Of a stretch of 64,000 nucleotides of DNA, positions 1 through 11,769 are shown one piece after another. The notes beneath the pieces were generated by a model. The model worked only from the letters and a program-made list of their open reading frames with translations. It ran no database searches and was not told where the DNA came from. Source of the DNA: an uncultured delta proteobacterium (lineage in GTDB: Bacteria > Desulfobacterota > Binatia > UBA9968); contig CAWJZV010000028.1 of the NCBI GenBank assembly GCA_963847445.1, positions 1 to 64,000 on the forward strand, given 5' to 3'. The position numbers and the translations under genes are program-made. The first letter of the stretch is position 1. Each line of letters begins with the position of its first letter.

Positions 1-43
1 GGTCGAAGCCTGTTCCGGCGAGAACGTCGGCCGATTTAGTCAT
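1..43 (-). CDS. Possible N-terminus of a gene running off the window edge (MTKSADVLAGTGFD...)
   Basis: ATG at 43-41 preceded by AGGT RBS-like sequence; too short to identify. Confidence 0.3.
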   Translation of the reverse strand, partial: MTKSADVLAGTGFD

Positions 44-489
44 GTTTCGCTACCTAAGACAGGGCAGGCAATTCACTTAAATGTACCAGCCGTTTGCCAT
101 TGTTGGCGGATCGAGTTCCGAGCATGCGCAGGTTCGCAGATCGAAACGGCTATGCCATTAGCAAACTTGCTATTTCGTCGAGTCGAAATCTTAGGGCTTT
201 GCCAGGGCTGCTGGAAACCGATGCGATAATCGGCACAAACGCAAAAAATGTCAACGAGAGTCCTAGCCAAACAGCTGACAGTCTCGGTTAGTGGAAACGC
301 TGCGACCGCTGCGGAGTTGAACAAGCGCACTATCTCTTCTTCTGGTGGGTGCCGAGCCGACTAGAATTTTTCGTTTCGACCGACGGCGAAAATTCTCGAG
401 CTATGCCATTTTGCCTTTTGCAAAAGCTCTCGAGCTTTCGCCGCTGTCGATTGTTAATGCGGCCCCGCCCTGCACCGGCCGAGCGTCTG

Positions 490-963
490 CTAACGCCGCC
501 GCCAACCAATCCACACCGGGAATCCGGCGTCGTCACGCAGCTTCAACACTTCCTCGCCCTTCTTCACTTCCGCCGCAATGATCGCCGGCTTGCCGTCGAA
601 TGTGATCCGCGAACCTTTCACTTCGACTTTGTCTTTGGCTTGCAGCTTCACATCCTGATTTTCGATGTAGAAACCCGGACCGAGATGCACCGAAATCGTT
701 TCCTTGTCGGTCTTCACATTCATGTGAACTCCACCCGACATACCCTTGGCCGGAGTGATCCGATCGACGACGGTAATTTCACCGCTAATCGTCTCCACCG
801 TCTTCGGGTCGTACATGCGATTATACTGCGTCCCCGGCCCCCAACCGCCGCTGCCGCGCCACATCATCCCCGGCCCACGCTGGGCGAAGCCATCGGAAGA
901 CACCAAGCAAAATGCCAACGCCATCAATCCCACAAAAAACCAGTTCCTTTTCATCTGTTTCAC
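490..963 (-). CDS. Exported OB-fold-like protein (often annotated 'DNA-binding protein'; resembles MamS/MamX-like domain)
   Basis: Signal peptide, Gly-rich linker, YDPKTVETISG...VHLGP...VEVKGSR...LRDDAGFPVW pattern; GGAGG RBS. Confidence 0.7.
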   Translation of the reverse strand: MKQMKRNWFFVGLMALAFCLVSSDGFAQRGPGMMWRGSGGWGPGTQYNRMYDPKTVETISGEITVVDRITPAKGMSGGVHMNVKTDKETISVHLGPGFYIENQDVKLQAKDKVEVKGSRITFDGKPAIIAAEVKKGEEVLKLRDDAGFPVWIGWRRR

Positions 964-1012
964 CTCCTCTCTTCACAAGATTCGCCTAAAGACCTAGGCA
1001 CAAATGCTCATC

Positions 1013-1027
1013 GCAACAGTAGTGCCA
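1013..1027 (-). promoter_or_regulatory. sigma54 -24/-12 promoter
   Basis: Minus strand TGGCAC-TACTG-TTGC upstream of 963. Confidence 0.75.
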
Positions 1028-1199
1028 TGAACGAACTGACCATTTGGCAAGGAAATCCGGCGAAAACATCTCATCAATGCAATATTCGCCGGGACTTTTT
1101 CGCGTCAACGCGAATTGATCAGAGTTGTGCAGGCATGCGGCAGAAACAGCAGTATGGAGAGCAAGTGCGGCGGGTTACGGTGGCCAATGCTTAGCGGAT

Positions 1200-2000
1200 T
1201 TACAGAGCTAAAGTCACCAAGCGCAATCCCACCAGTGCCAGGGCAACAGCGAGACTCCTGATGATCCAATCGCCGCGAATTCGCTGCGACAGTCTTGCCG
1301 CGACCTGCGCGCCGACAATGGCGCCGATGGAGAGAGCTATCGCTCGGCGAAAACCGTGGTGAAAAAGTCCGGCGGCGAAGTGAGTGGCGCTGCCGGTGAG
1401 AGACGTGAGGGCCAAAACGAACAGTGAAGTAGCGGTGGCGACATGCACGGGAAAATTTAGCAGATAGACCAACGCGGGAACGTAGAGAAACCCACCGCCG
1501 ATCCCCAAGAAGCTTGAGATAAAACCGAAAATCGTGCTGATAACGGCGCCAATCGCGATCCTCGCTAAATTTAGCTGTCGGCTGCCGTCGCGTCCTGATT
1601 GCGCCATCGCCACAACAGTGTTTTTGCTCGGATTGAGCGCCAAGAACGCTGCAACCGCTATCAACAAAATGCCAAACGCTAGATTGAAGCGAGCGCGGCT
1701 AATCGCCGCAGTCGTCAGCGCGCCGACCACAGCCCCTGGCATCGTTGCCAGGCCAAAGATTAAACCCGCCTTAAAATCGATTCGCCCCGAGCGTAGATAA
1801 GCGAGCATTCCCGACAACGCATTGAAGAACACGACACTGAGCGAGATGACGGTAAGAGTTTCCGGCGCTTCGCCGGGATAGATCAAAAGCAAACTAGGAG
1901 CGAGGATGAATCCGCCGCCGGCGCCGATCAAGGTACCGTAACCGCCAGCGACAAAACCCAGGGAACAAGCCAGAGAATATCTAGGATGGAAGACACCCAA
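1200..2000 (-). CDS. TauE/SafE family sulfite exporter-like permease
   Basis: Duplicated G(T/S)(L/F)xG(A/I)GGGF motifs; hydrophobic multi-TM 266 aa. Confidence 0.85.
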   Translation of the reverse strand: MGVFHPRYSLACSLGFVAGGYGTLIGAGGGFILAPSLLLIYPGEAPETLTVISLSVVFFNALSGMLAYLRSGRIDFKAGLIFGLATMPGAVVGALTTAAISRARFNLAFGILLIAVAAFLALNPSKNTVVAMAQSGRDGSRQLNLARIAIGAVISTIFGFISSFLGIGGGFLYVPALVYLLNFPVHVATATSLFVLALTSLTGSATHFAAGLFHHGFRRAIALSIGAIVGAQVAARLSQRIRGDWIIRSLAVALALVGLRLVTLAL

Positions 2001-2039
2001 CAGTTGTAACCGGGTGCCGAATGAGCTTCAACCGGACGG

Positions 2040-2534
2040 GCAAAACCGCAGCCCTTCGAGTGAAGACAATCGGCTCCCAATGGGCACGGTGACGCAGGGG
2101 TCTGATGATGAAACACTTCCGGCTCGATCTTGATCACGCTCTTGATCGAGTTTGAGACGAAGCAGTTTTCTTTGGCTTTTTCCAAGATGCGCGGCATGCG
2201 CGCGAGATCGTTGGCCGAGGCGATCACGACCCGCGGTCTGACAACGATCTCAGTGATTTGATAAGTGCCGCCCTCGACTTTTTCCAGTTTGCCTTTCGCG
2301 CTCGACGACATGACGATCGCGATTCTGGAGAGCTCCGCGATCGCTAGCAGCGTCAGCATGTAACAACTATTGAGCGCCGCGACGACAAATGTCCAGCGCT
2401 CAACTGCCTGCCCGCCCTTTGAACTCCGGCGGCGCGCCGCCGATTACGCGGGCAATTGCGCGCTTGAGTTGCAAATTCTTGTCGCCGATCCACTCGATCT
2501 CTCTCTCATAGAAATAAATTGACGCGTCAGCCAG
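2040..2534 (-). pseudogene. OsmC family protein, disrupted (boundaries approximate)
   Basis: GAPPEFKG...ALNSCYMLT...KAKENCFVSNSIK motifs; TGA at the usual Trp position plus a frame change near 2390-2400. Confidence 0.65.
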
Positions 2535-2669
2535 TCTTGGACTTCCTTTTTTTCGTAAATCACCAGGCAGAGTCGACAGTTTCTCAAAGAAGATACGATT
2601 CGGAACTCTGTGAACTCAGCGCCTCTGCGATGATCACAAGTTTCTTTCTATCGTTGCTGCTGTGCCGCG

Positions 2670-3431
2670 CTAGACATAGGTCCAGGTCTTGAGTTTACCG
2701 ATGATGGCGGAAAGGATCAGAATGCTTTGCAGACTGAGCTCCGGATCGGCCATGAGATAGGCCAGCAGCGGGCCGCGGTGCATGCCCAGGCTAAGAACAT
2801 TGCGCCCCGGCGAGAGGTAGGTTGGCGTTGTTAGGTAGGAGCCGGTGAGAATATCGAGCTTCAACGTGCCGACCAGCAGCAGGGCCACCCAGGTAAGCAG
2901 AAAAATCAACGCGGTGCGGCTCATGCCCTTAACGTTTTGCGGAGCAAACATCTGACTGGTCGCCGCATCATGAGCCGCGTCATCCGCGCGAAACAGCAGG
3001 GCCATGATCATGCCAATGCCGATACCGAAGGCAAGCGAGAGAAACAATCGGGCCAAGGCCAGGTCGATGCCGATGACGCTGCCGGTGTAAACCAACGCCA
3101 AAATGTTGGCCGCAGGGGCGAAAAAAAGAAACGTGATCGCCGGGCCGATGCCGGCGCCCTTTTTGTGGATGCCGGCGAAAAGCGGCACGATCGTGCAAGA
3201 ACACACCGCCAGCAGCCCCCCCGCCAAGGCGGCTGCCGGGTACGAAACCACTCGCCGCGTGTCGCGGCCGAGAAAGCGCGTCACGCTTTCCTTCGGGATC
3301 AGCGCAGTCATCGCCCCGGCAATATAAAATGCCGGCAACAGGCACAAAAGCACATGCGCCGCGAGGTAGGCGGCTAGATTGCCGAGACCCCCGCGCATTG
3401 CGTTGACCAAAAACGCCACAACATCCATCAC
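2670..3431 (-). pseudogene. DUF318/ArsP-type predicted permease, internally deleted
   Basis: LAVCSCTIVPLF and FLFFAPAAN motifs; jumps abruptly to the C-terminal GMHRGPLLAYLMADPELSL segment. Confidence 0.65.
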
Positions 3432-3516
3432 CCGCCCCGTTCTTGGCGCCGGGCAACTGGAATCATTTGATGGATATCCTGCAAGATCATCTGGTTACTC
3501 ATCCGGATTCGACTAT

Positions 3517-4473
3517 TCAGTGATTATCCTCGCGTCCGACGAACTCGCGCAAGATATCGGTGTAGGTGAGCATGCCGACGAGTTTGTCATGATCCTCTAC
3601 TACCGGCAGCCCGCCGACATGCCAGCGCAACATCAACTCCGCAGCCTCCCGTAGTGCCTGGTCCGGCTTGACGCTGATTGGTTCGAACACCGCAGCCTGC
3701 TGCACTGAGATCGACCACAGCTGCACCGCCGCTTCTTCCTTGCTGGTGAAGGCAAGAGAGGGCCGAATCTGCCGGACATCGCGGTCGGTGAGCATGCCGA
3801 TCAACTTCCCCTGGTCATCGACCACCGGCAGATGGCGAAAGTGACCATGCTCCATTTTCCATATGGCGTCCTTCAGGCCGTCATCGGGTTTAGCCGTGGC
3901 CGGATTCCTGGTCATGCGCTCCTTCACCTTGGTGGCTTTTCTATCCTTGCGTGGTGCCGTCGCGCTCATGGTCATTGGCGTATGTTTGAGATATTCCGTC
4001 TCCAAATTTTCGTACTCCACCAAATGAACATGGCCATTCACCAGAATATCTTCGACTTGTTTCGACGCCGCCAGTCCGGGCTCCATCCAGAAAGTGTTGA
4101 CGTTCTTAGCCACCGCTGCACGGGCCAGCTCTTCGTAATCGACACCATCGCCCGGGTAAACCTCCACGATGTCGAGCTTACCGGGTATTTCGTTCAGCTT
4201 GGCGTAGCAGCGCAGACCCAGTAAACTCTCGCGGCCGGGAAATACCGGGATGATCTCCAGGCCCATGCCGAGTAATTTTTCCATGGAGACGAAGATCGGG
4301 CTATTGGGATCGGCGCTGGCGCCGACGATGGCGATGCGCCGGCAGTTCTCGAGTATCGCTTTGCGCTGGCGGCGATAGAGATAGGTTCTGCGCGCCAAGT
4401 CGCCCACCCAGTAGTGCTCGATCTGTTCATTTCTCAGTTCGGCCGCAGTGACTTCGTTTTCAGTTGCCGGCAT
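3517..4473 (-). CDS. CoA-binding (YccU-like) domain fused to a CBS pair (AcuB-like)
   Basis: IAIVGASADP...IIPVFP...FWMEPG N-domain; VKERMTRNP, RHLPVVD and GGLPVV CBS motifs. Confidence 0.8.
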   Translation of the reverse strand: MPATENEVTAAELRNEQIEHYWVGDLARRTYLYRRQRKAILENCRRIAIVGASADPNSPIFVSMEKLLGMGLEIIPVFPGRESLLGLRCYAKLNEIPGKLDIVEVYPGDGVDYEELARAAVAKNVNTFWMEPGLAASKQVEDILVNGHVHLVEYENLETEYLKHTPMTMSATAPRKDRKATKVKERMTRNPATAKPDDGLKDAIWKMEHGHFRHLPVVDDQGKLIGMLTDRDVRQIRPSLAFTSKEEAAVQLWSISVQQAAVFEPISVKPDQALREAAELMLRWHVGGLPVVEDHDKLVGMLTYTDILREFVGREDNH

Positions 4474-4552
4474 GGTTTCTACCTTCCTTCCATGCGATTC
4501 GCGGCGTTTTGCCGCTGCCGCGTTTTAGCGCTTCTCTCAACCGTTAAAACCA

Positions 4553-4567
4553 GCAAATGGCATACCA
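4553..4567 (-). promoter_or_regulatory. sigma54 -24/-12 promoter
   Basis: Minus strand TGGTAT-GCCAT-TTGC upstream of 4473. Confidence 0.7.
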
Positions 4568-4608
4568 TGATGAAGCTTGGAACGTTATGGCGAAGCGCGG
4601 GCCGCCCT

Positions 4609-4655
4609 TTGCCGCATCTGCGAAATTCGCCGGGACAGCCTCGCAGTTTTGCGAA
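4609..4655. promoter_or_regulatory. Tandem enhancer-like sites (TTCGCA-N4-TGCGAA consensus, 31-bp period)
   Basis: ttgccg-catc-tgcgaa (4609) and ctcgca-gttt-tgcgaa (4640); same arrangement at other sigma54 promoters. Confidence 0.55.
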
Positions 4656-4680
4656 TCCAACAAAATCAACTGGGCATTTC

Positions 4681-4774
4681 GCGATCGGGGTATGAACCCC
4701 GCTCGCGACCAAAGGGGAGGTTCAACCCCTTTGGAAACCCCAGCAATTTTGTGCCCGCAGCAAGCTGCGGGGAA
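4681..4774. repeat. REP-like multi-hairpin element
   Basis: Three consecutive stems, incl. ccaaagggg/cccctttgg and cccgcagc-aa-gctgcggg, downstream of ackA. Confidence 0.55.
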
Positions 4775-4838
4775 TATTGGATTAAACCAACCCGCCGGAG
4801 GATCGATGCCTTCGTGCTGAATGGAGGATTCACAATGC

Positions 4839-6027
<1,189 letters not shown>

Positions 6028-6031
<4 letters not shown>

Positions 6032-6186
6032 CGTTCAGACTCTTGTTTCTTCTCGTCACCTTGGCGTCGAGACTCGACGCCGCGCGCAGACGACATTCAG
6101 GTCGGCACTCCCAGGCGCGGCAACACCCAACGCATCAGGACAATGTAGGCGACGAAAAAGCCAATAAACCATAAGCCGTCAGTCAT
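6028..6186 (-). CDS. Candidate small membrane selenoprotein, copy 1 (52 aa if TGA codon 30 is read as Sec)
   Basis: GGAGG RBS; MTDGLWFIGFFVAYIVLMRWVLPRLGVPT-TGA-MSSARGVESRRQGDEKKQESER; final stop overlaps ackA ATG (ATGA); paralogous to 9561-9716. Confidence 0.65.
6063..6081 (-). promoter_or_regulatory. SECIS-like hairpin, copy 1
   Basis: mRNA GGCGUCGA-GUC-UCGACGCC; G-led loop begins 23 nt after the in-frame UGA (6099-6097). Confidence 0.55.
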
Positions 6187-6202
6187 TTTCTTTCACCTCC
6201 GA

Positions 6203-6883
6203 TCAATGATTGGTAATCCGCCCATCGATCATGTGATAGACCCGGTCGAAGCCCTCGATCATTCTTTCATCATGGGTAACCACAATCACCGCCGCGTGCT
6301 GGGTTCGTCCCAGATTGCGCAGCAGCTCCATCACCGCCTTGCCCCGTTCGGTATCGAGAGCCGCGGTCGGTTCATCGGCCAGAATCACGGCGGGATCGTT
6401 GATCACCGCTCGGGCAACCGCAACCCGCTGCTGTTCGCCGCCCGACAGCGTGGCGGGATAGATGTCGGCACGATGGCCGAGATCGAGACGTTTGAGGAGC
6501 TCGCTTGCGCGCGTCATCGCTTCGTGATGCGAAATGCCGTTAAGCGTGAGCACGAGGGCGACATTTTCCAACGAGGTCAGAAACGGAATCAGATTGTAAG
6601 CCTGAAAGATGATCCCCATGCGCTGGCGCCGCAGCTTTCGGTCGTCGGTCAAAACCCGCTCGCCGTCGAACACCAATTGATTGTCAATCGCGATCTGTCC
6701 GGTGGTCGGCGGATCGATCAGCGAAAGCGCGCGCAGCAGCGTCGTCTTGCCCGATCCGCTCGGCCCCATCAGCGCGACGATCTCGCCCGGCTCAATCGAC
6801 AGCTGCGCATCCTTGAGCGCGACGACCCGGCCGTCTCCCTGGCCGAAAATCTTGGTGACATTCTGCGCCGCCACCGCAGCCAT
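6203..6883 (-). CDS. ABC transporter ATP-binding protein (LolD/MacB/DevA-like)
   Basis: [27 protein letters not shown]. Confidence 0.92.
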   Translation of the reverse strand: MAAVAAQNVTKIFGQGDGRVVALKDAQLSIEPGEIVALMGPSGSGKTTLLRALSLIDPPTTGQIAIDNQLVFDGERVLTDDRKLRRQRMGIIFQAYNLIPFLTSLENVALVLTLNGISHHEAMTRASELLKRLDLGHRADIYPATLSGGEQQRVAVARAVINDPAVILADEPTAALDTERGKAVMELLRNLGRTQHAAVIVVTHDERMIEGFDRVYHMIDGRITNH

Positions 6884-8079
6884 TATGCGCCTCCTCCCAT
6901 CGCCGTCGTCGGGTCGATAGCGAGGGCGCGGCGTATGCCCAGCAGGCTCGCCAGCACACAGATGACGATGACAATGCCGAACAGGATGGATTGATCGAAG
7001 GCCAGGATGGCGACACGGCGCGGGAAATAATCATAAGTCAGATTGATCAGCAGCGCGCCGAATAGATAGCCCAGCAGCCCCAGACTGAGCGACTCCTGCA
7101 TGATCAAAGCGCCAATTTTTAGATTCGGCGCACCGATAATTTTGAGCGTGGCGATATCGCGAGTCTTCTCCATGGTCATCGTGAAAATGATCAGCGCGAT
7201 GACCACGGTGGAGACCATGAGCAGGATGATTCTGAAGAGCATGATTTGCTGGCGCGCCCGTTCGATCACGTTCTTCGCCAGCACCTCTTCCTGCTCCACC
7301 GTGGTCATCGCCCGGTAGTGATTCCAGCGCTCAATGCGCGCGGCGATCTCCTTGGCATCGGCCCAGGGCTCAAGCCGCACTAGAATCGCATTCGCCAGGT
7401 TGGTGTTCTGGGTTATTGAAGCGAGCGCCGTCACCGAAACGGCGGCAAGCGCCGGATTGGCATTCAAATCCGCCTGCAAGCGCGCCCGCTCATTGCGCAC
7501 CGCCTCATTGGCTTTGACAAACTGCAGCTCCTGGGCGTCTTGCAACGAAACATACGCGGTCGAATCGCCGGAGCTGGAGACGATTCCTTCAGTCAGCCCG
7601 ACCACGGTAAAGGTCATCCGGCCCATGGCAATGCGCGTGCCGATCGGAATCCCGGCCTTGCGATCCAGTACCATCTCGAAACGGCTCGCGGCCAGCGGGC
7701 GGCCTGAGGAAACGGCCGGCGGCCCGCCCAGATTGCCAGGCCGGTAACCGATGATTTGCGTGCGAATTGAAGCGGAGCCGTATTCAAGTTGAACCGACTG
7801 AAACGCAATCGGGCTCGCTTCGCGCACACCCGGCACCGCGCGCACTACGCGATAAAGGTCGTCCGGGATGCGCGAGTTCTCGGCGAACGGACCGTTGGTG
7901 TCTTTCTGCACCACCCACAGATCGGCGCCGGGCGCGCGCACGATGCTGAGCGCATCTTCCACCATACCGCGATAAATGCCGCCCATCGCCATGACCGTCC
8001 CAAGCAACAAGCCGACACCGATGGCGGTCAGGATGAACCTGCCCAAGCGATATTTTACGTCGCGAATGGCGAGGTTCAT
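6883..8079 (-). CDS. ABC transporter permease (FtsX/MacB/DevC-like)
   Basis: Likely start MNLAIRD at 8079; N-terminal TM, periplasmic domain, [14 protein letters not shown] motif, 3 C-terminal TMs. Confidence 0.88.
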   Translation of the reverse strand: MNLAIRDVKYRLGRFILTAIGVGLLLGTVMAMGGIYRGMVEDALSIVRAPGADLWVVQKDTNGPFAENSRIPDDLYRVVRAVPGVREASPIAFQSVQLEYGSASIRTQIIGYRPGNLGGPPAVSSGRPLAASRFEMVLDRKAGIPIGTRIAMGRMTFTVVGLTEGIVSSSGDSTAYVSLQDAQELQFVKANEAVRNERARLQADLNANPALAAVSVTALASITQNTNLANAILVRLEPWADAKEIAARIERWNHYRAMTTVEQEEVLAKNVIERARQQIMLFRIILLMVSTVVIALIIFTMTMEKTRDIATLKIIGAPNLKIGALIMQESLSLGLLGYLFGALLINLTYDYFPRRVAILAFDQSILFGIVIVICVLASLLGIRRALAIDPTTAMGGGA

Positions 8080-9368
8080 GGTTGCTGCTTTGCTGCCGCA
8101 ATCGCATCGGACCTCTGAGTAGCGCCGGCGACGCGGCGCCCCTCGTTCTTCAGATCGGCCAGTTTTCCCGGCGCGACCATCACTTGCTCTCCACCGGTAA
8201 ATCCTTCGATGACTTCGATCCACCCGGCGGGATCGACTACCCCGAAACTCGCGCGTCGAAAGCGCATGCGGCCATCGACCACCGTCCACGCTCCCGCGCC
8301 TTTTGACGACTGCACCACCGCGGCCAACGGCAACGCGGTTACTCTTCGCGCCGCTGGCCGAATCGTCGCTTCTGCCTGCTGGCCGATAGTCAGACGCTCA
8401 GGAGGCTCATCAAAGTGATGTCGACTGTAAGCTGCTCGGTGACACGATCACTTTCGCGACGGATTCTGACGACCTTACCGTGGAAAGCGCGGCCAGGCAT
8501 TGAGCGCAGCGTACACGTTAGCCGCATCGCCTCGCGCAATCGGGCCTGCTTCACGCTCGTCGACGAACACCGTGACCCAGATCGACGCCGGATCGGCGAG
8601 CTTGAGAATCGGTGTGCCGGGATTGACCGCCGCACCCAATTCCAGTTCGCGGCTGATTACAATGCCATCGATAGGACTGGCCATGGTCGTTTCCGCGTTC
8701 CTGGCTCGCGCCGAGGCGAGCGCCGCAGCGCCAGCGGCGATATCTTGCGGCACGGCTTTCAGGGCAATTTCCTGCGCCGACACGTCTTTGGCGGCCGCTT
8801 CACGCAAAGCCTCGGCACTGCGCAGCTCGGCGTCGGCCGACTTGGCGGCATTAAGCCGCTCGTCGAGATCCATCGGCGCCACTAAGTCGGTGGCAGCCAA
8901 CTTCCGCCAGCGTTCGGCGTTGGTCTGCGCGAGCAATTGGTTGGAGCGCGCCTTGGCGATCGCTGCGTCAGCCGCCGCGAGTCCGGCTTGGGCGCGCAGC
9001 ACAGCCGCCTCTTGCGTCAGCAAAGCGAATTTGACGCGCTCCAGGTTTGCCGCCGCGCGCTCCACCTCCGCGCTCAACTCAGAGTTCTCCAATTTGACCA
9101 ACACCTGGCTAGTCCGCACAACATCACCTTGGTCGACATTCATTGCGGAAATCCGGCCAGTGATTTTAGCGGCGAGCGCAACCACAAGCTTGGCTTCAAC
9201 GCTGCCAACGCCCTGCACTGCTGGGCGGATCTCGCGCACGGAGACTTCAGCCGTGGTCACCTGAGCGGGCCGCAGCCAAAACCACAACGCTGCCGCGACA
9301 ATCACCAGCGCCACGGCGACCATAAGACCGTTAGCTAATATCGAAGGCAAACGCCGTTTCATCGTCAT
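8076..9368 (-). CDS. Efflux membrane-fusion (periplasmic adaptor) protein, frameshifted
   Basis: KITGRI...VDQGDVV and SPIDGIV lipoyl halves, coiled-coil hairpin, C-terminal IEVIEG. Confidence 0.85.
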
Positions 9369-9453
9369 TTTCCCGTGCCATCAATTCTCATCCATCCGCC
9401 CGGCCCTTCATCCTTTGAGAAAAGTACGTCCTCAACACGTACTGAGGCAGCAG

Positions 9454-9561
9454 GCGATCGACGATACCGTAGCCAAGCTTGCGAGTTTCAACCCTCCCAC
9501 TCGTGTCGATTGCGTGAAATTTGCGAGCGGACCCGCCACAGTTGTGCGCGAGGTTTCTCAT
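9454..9561 (-). pseudogene. Remnant of an ackA 5' end
   Basis: MRNLAHNCGGSARKFHAIDTSGRVETRKLGYGIVDR aligns with AckA MKVLVLNCGSSTLKFQVVETDGLAESRKLARGIVDR. Confidence 0.7.
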
Positions 9562-9716
9562 CAGCCAACGTCTTTGTCTTTGTCACCGCTCTTGCGTCGA
9601 GACTCGACGCCGCATGAAGGCGCCATTCAGGTGGGCACACCGAAACCCGGCAATACCCAACGCATGAGCACCACGTAGACCGCTAAGAACATGACGAACC
9701 ACAACCAATCAGACAT
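9561..9716 (-). CDS. Candidate small membrane selenoprotein, copy 2 (51 aa if TGA codon 30 is read as Sec; UxxxxC)
   Basis: AAGGGG RBS; MSDWLWFVMFLAVYVVLMRWVLPGFGVPT-TGA-MAPSCGVESRRKSGDKDKDVG; stop overlaps the next ATG (TGATG). Confidence 0.65.
9594..9610 (-). promoter_or_regulatory. SECIS-like hairpin, copy 2
   Basis: mRNA GCGUCGA-GUC-UCGACGC, identical to copy 1 and at the same distance from the UGA (9629-9627). Confidence 0.55.
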
Positions 9717-9728
9717 TCGCATCCCCTT

Positions 9729-11423
9729 CTAGAAGTAAGCCTTTAAAACATATTGCAGCAGCATGCGGTGGGTGTTGAAGAACGAGCCGTTGAGGGCGAT
9801 CGCATGGCGCATCACGTCGATGAAGTCGTCGCGATTGTCGACAAAGAGCGGCATGACGATTTGTTCGAGCTTGTCGTAGAGCGAGGCCGCATCTTTGCTA
9901 TGATCGGAGGTTGCGGCCGCTTTTCCGTCCGGCGACCCGATCGACCAGCCGGTCACGCCTTCGATGCAGCCTTCGATCCACCAGCCGTCGAGCACGCTCA
10001 GGCTCGGCACGCCGTTGACCGCCGCCTTCATGCCGCTGGTGCCCGACGCTTCCAGCGGCGGCAGCGGCGTATTGAGCCAGAGATCGACGCCGGCAGGTCA
10101 TCAACTTGCCGATCTCCATGCTGTAGTTTTCCAGATAGGCGATCTTGATTTTATCGCGCAGTTGCTCGCGCGCGCTGAAAATTTTGCGGATCAGCTCTTT
10201 GCCCGCTTCATCCTGCGGATGGGCTTTACCGGCGTAAACAATCTGTAATCCGCCGCGCCGGCTGGCGATCGCTTTGAGCCGCTCAATGTCGGTGAACAAC
10301 AGATCGGTGCGCTTGTAGGTCGCCGCGCGCCGGGCGAAGCCGATCGTGAACAGGTCGGCATCCATGCCAGCGTTGGTTTCGAGATTGACGTAATGGAGCA
10401 GTGCTTTTTTTGCCGTGGCATGGGCTTGCCAAATCTCTTGTTTGGGAATGTTCAGCGCGTAGCGCAGGCTGCAATTGTCCAGGTGCCAGCCTGAAATATA
10501 CCGGTCGTAGAGTTCGTGCGCAGCGGCTCCGCCGTCCAGGTCGCGGCGTGAATGCCGTTGGTGATCGCATCGATATTGTAACCGGCAAACATGAGCCTCG
10601 ACACCTCGCCGTGTTTTTTCGCCACGCCGTTGACGTAGTGGCTGAGATTGAGCGCCAGATAGGTCATGTTCAGCACGCCCTCGCAGCAGAACACGTCGGT
10701 CATTTCTTCGACTTCCTCTTTGCCGAGCACGCGATGAACCAGGTCGAGAGGAAACTGATCCTGTCCCGCCGGCACCGGCGTGTGTGTGGTAAACACGCAT
10801 TTTTGTCGCACCGACTCGATATCGTCGCGAGTGACGTGCTTGCTTGCCGGCAGCGCGCCACTTCCTCGTCCAGCAGCTCGAGGGCGAGTAGGCTGGAGTG
10901 GCCTTCGTTCATGTGAAACCGCTCGATCTCTCTATGACCGATGGCGCGCAGCATCCGCACCCCGCCGATGCCGAGAATGACTTCTTGGCACAGCCGGTAA
11001 TGGCGATCGCCGCCGTAGAGATAGTGTGTCAGCGTTCGGTCCCACTGCGGAATTTTCCGGTAGATCGGCATCGAGGAAATACACCGGCACGACAAAATCA
11101 CCAGGGCCGGCAACGTCGTATTTCCAAGCGCGCAGAAACACCGTGCGGCCTTCGATCGTAACCGACGTTCGTTGCGGCAATTCGGTGAGAAAATCATTCA
11201 CCGCCCAATCCACCGGCTCTTCGATCTGCCGCCCTTCGTGATCGAGCCGCTGGTAGAAATAACCCTTGCGATGCAGCAGCGTCACCGCCACCATCGGCAC
11301 CTTGAGATCCGCCGCGGCGCGGATGGTGTCGCCGGCCAGCACACCGAGCCCACCGCTGTAGGTCGGCATGTCGGCGGCCAAGCCAATTTCCATGGAAAAA
11401 TATGCGATGGTTCGGTGATTCAT
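9729..11423 (-). CDS. glgP: Alpha-glucan (glycogen/maltodextrin) phosphorylase, frameshifted
   Basis: [66 protein letters not shown]. Confidence 0.92.
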
Positions 11424-11497
11424 AACAATCTATGCAGCAGTCATCGGCACGGCGTAGCACCCGACGCCGATTCTGTCTCGGCTGGACAATCTCAAAC

Positions 11498-11512
11498 GCA
11501 CAGGTTATGCCA
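11498..11512 (-). promoter_or_regulatory. sigma54 -24/-12 promoter (glgP operon)
   Basis: Minus strand TGGCAT-AACCT-GTGC. Confidence 0.65.
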
Positions 11513-11543
11513 GCGCGTAATCGCATTGCAGATCACGGAATTT

Positions 11544-11590
11544 CTTGCGCAAATGCGAAATGATCTGCCGATCCTTCGCAGAGTTGGGAA
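11544..11590. promoter_or_regulatory. Tandem enhancer-like sites between divergent sigma54 promoters
   Basis: cttgcg-caaa-tgcgaa (11544) and ttcgca-gagt-tgggaa (11575), 31 bp apart. Confidence 0.55.
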
Positions 11591-11675
11591 GAAAGGGCGC
11601 TAGCGAATAGCAGATATGCGAAGAACTGCGTCACTAGCTCTAGGAAATTGCTAGCCGCATACGCGAGCCGCGCCG

Positions 11676-11690
11676 GGGCACATATCTTGC
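11676..11690 (+). promoter_or_regulatory. sigma54 -24/-12 promoter
   Basis: GGGCAC-ATATC-TTGC upstream of the cDPGS-like gene. Confidence 0.65.
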
Positions 11691-11769
11691 TGAACAATAC
11701 AGCATGGCGATGCAACGTTGCGAAAGGACAGTCTAGTGATCGTGGTAGAGCGAGGTCAATCAAAAACAG

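Noticed and set aside
349-1194. 281-aa plus-strand ORF and similar long antisense ORFs (e.g. 6206-6994, 31926-32945, 51698-52873)
   Set aside because: Shadow ORFs opposite recognisable genes in GC-rich DNA
2395-2410. In-frame TGA in OsmC as selenocysteine
   Set aside because: Falls at the usual Trp position rather than a Cys, is next to a frame change, and has no evident hairpin
8079-8289. N-terminal extension on the ABC permease
   Set aside because: Alternate frame of the adaptor gene's 3' end; ATGA overlap supports the 8079 start
6063-9610. Repeated GCGTCGAGACTCGACGC palindrome as CRISPR repeat, transposon end or terminator
   Set aside because: Only two copies, both inside paralogous reading frames at a fixed distance from a UGA; no spacers, transposase or U-tract
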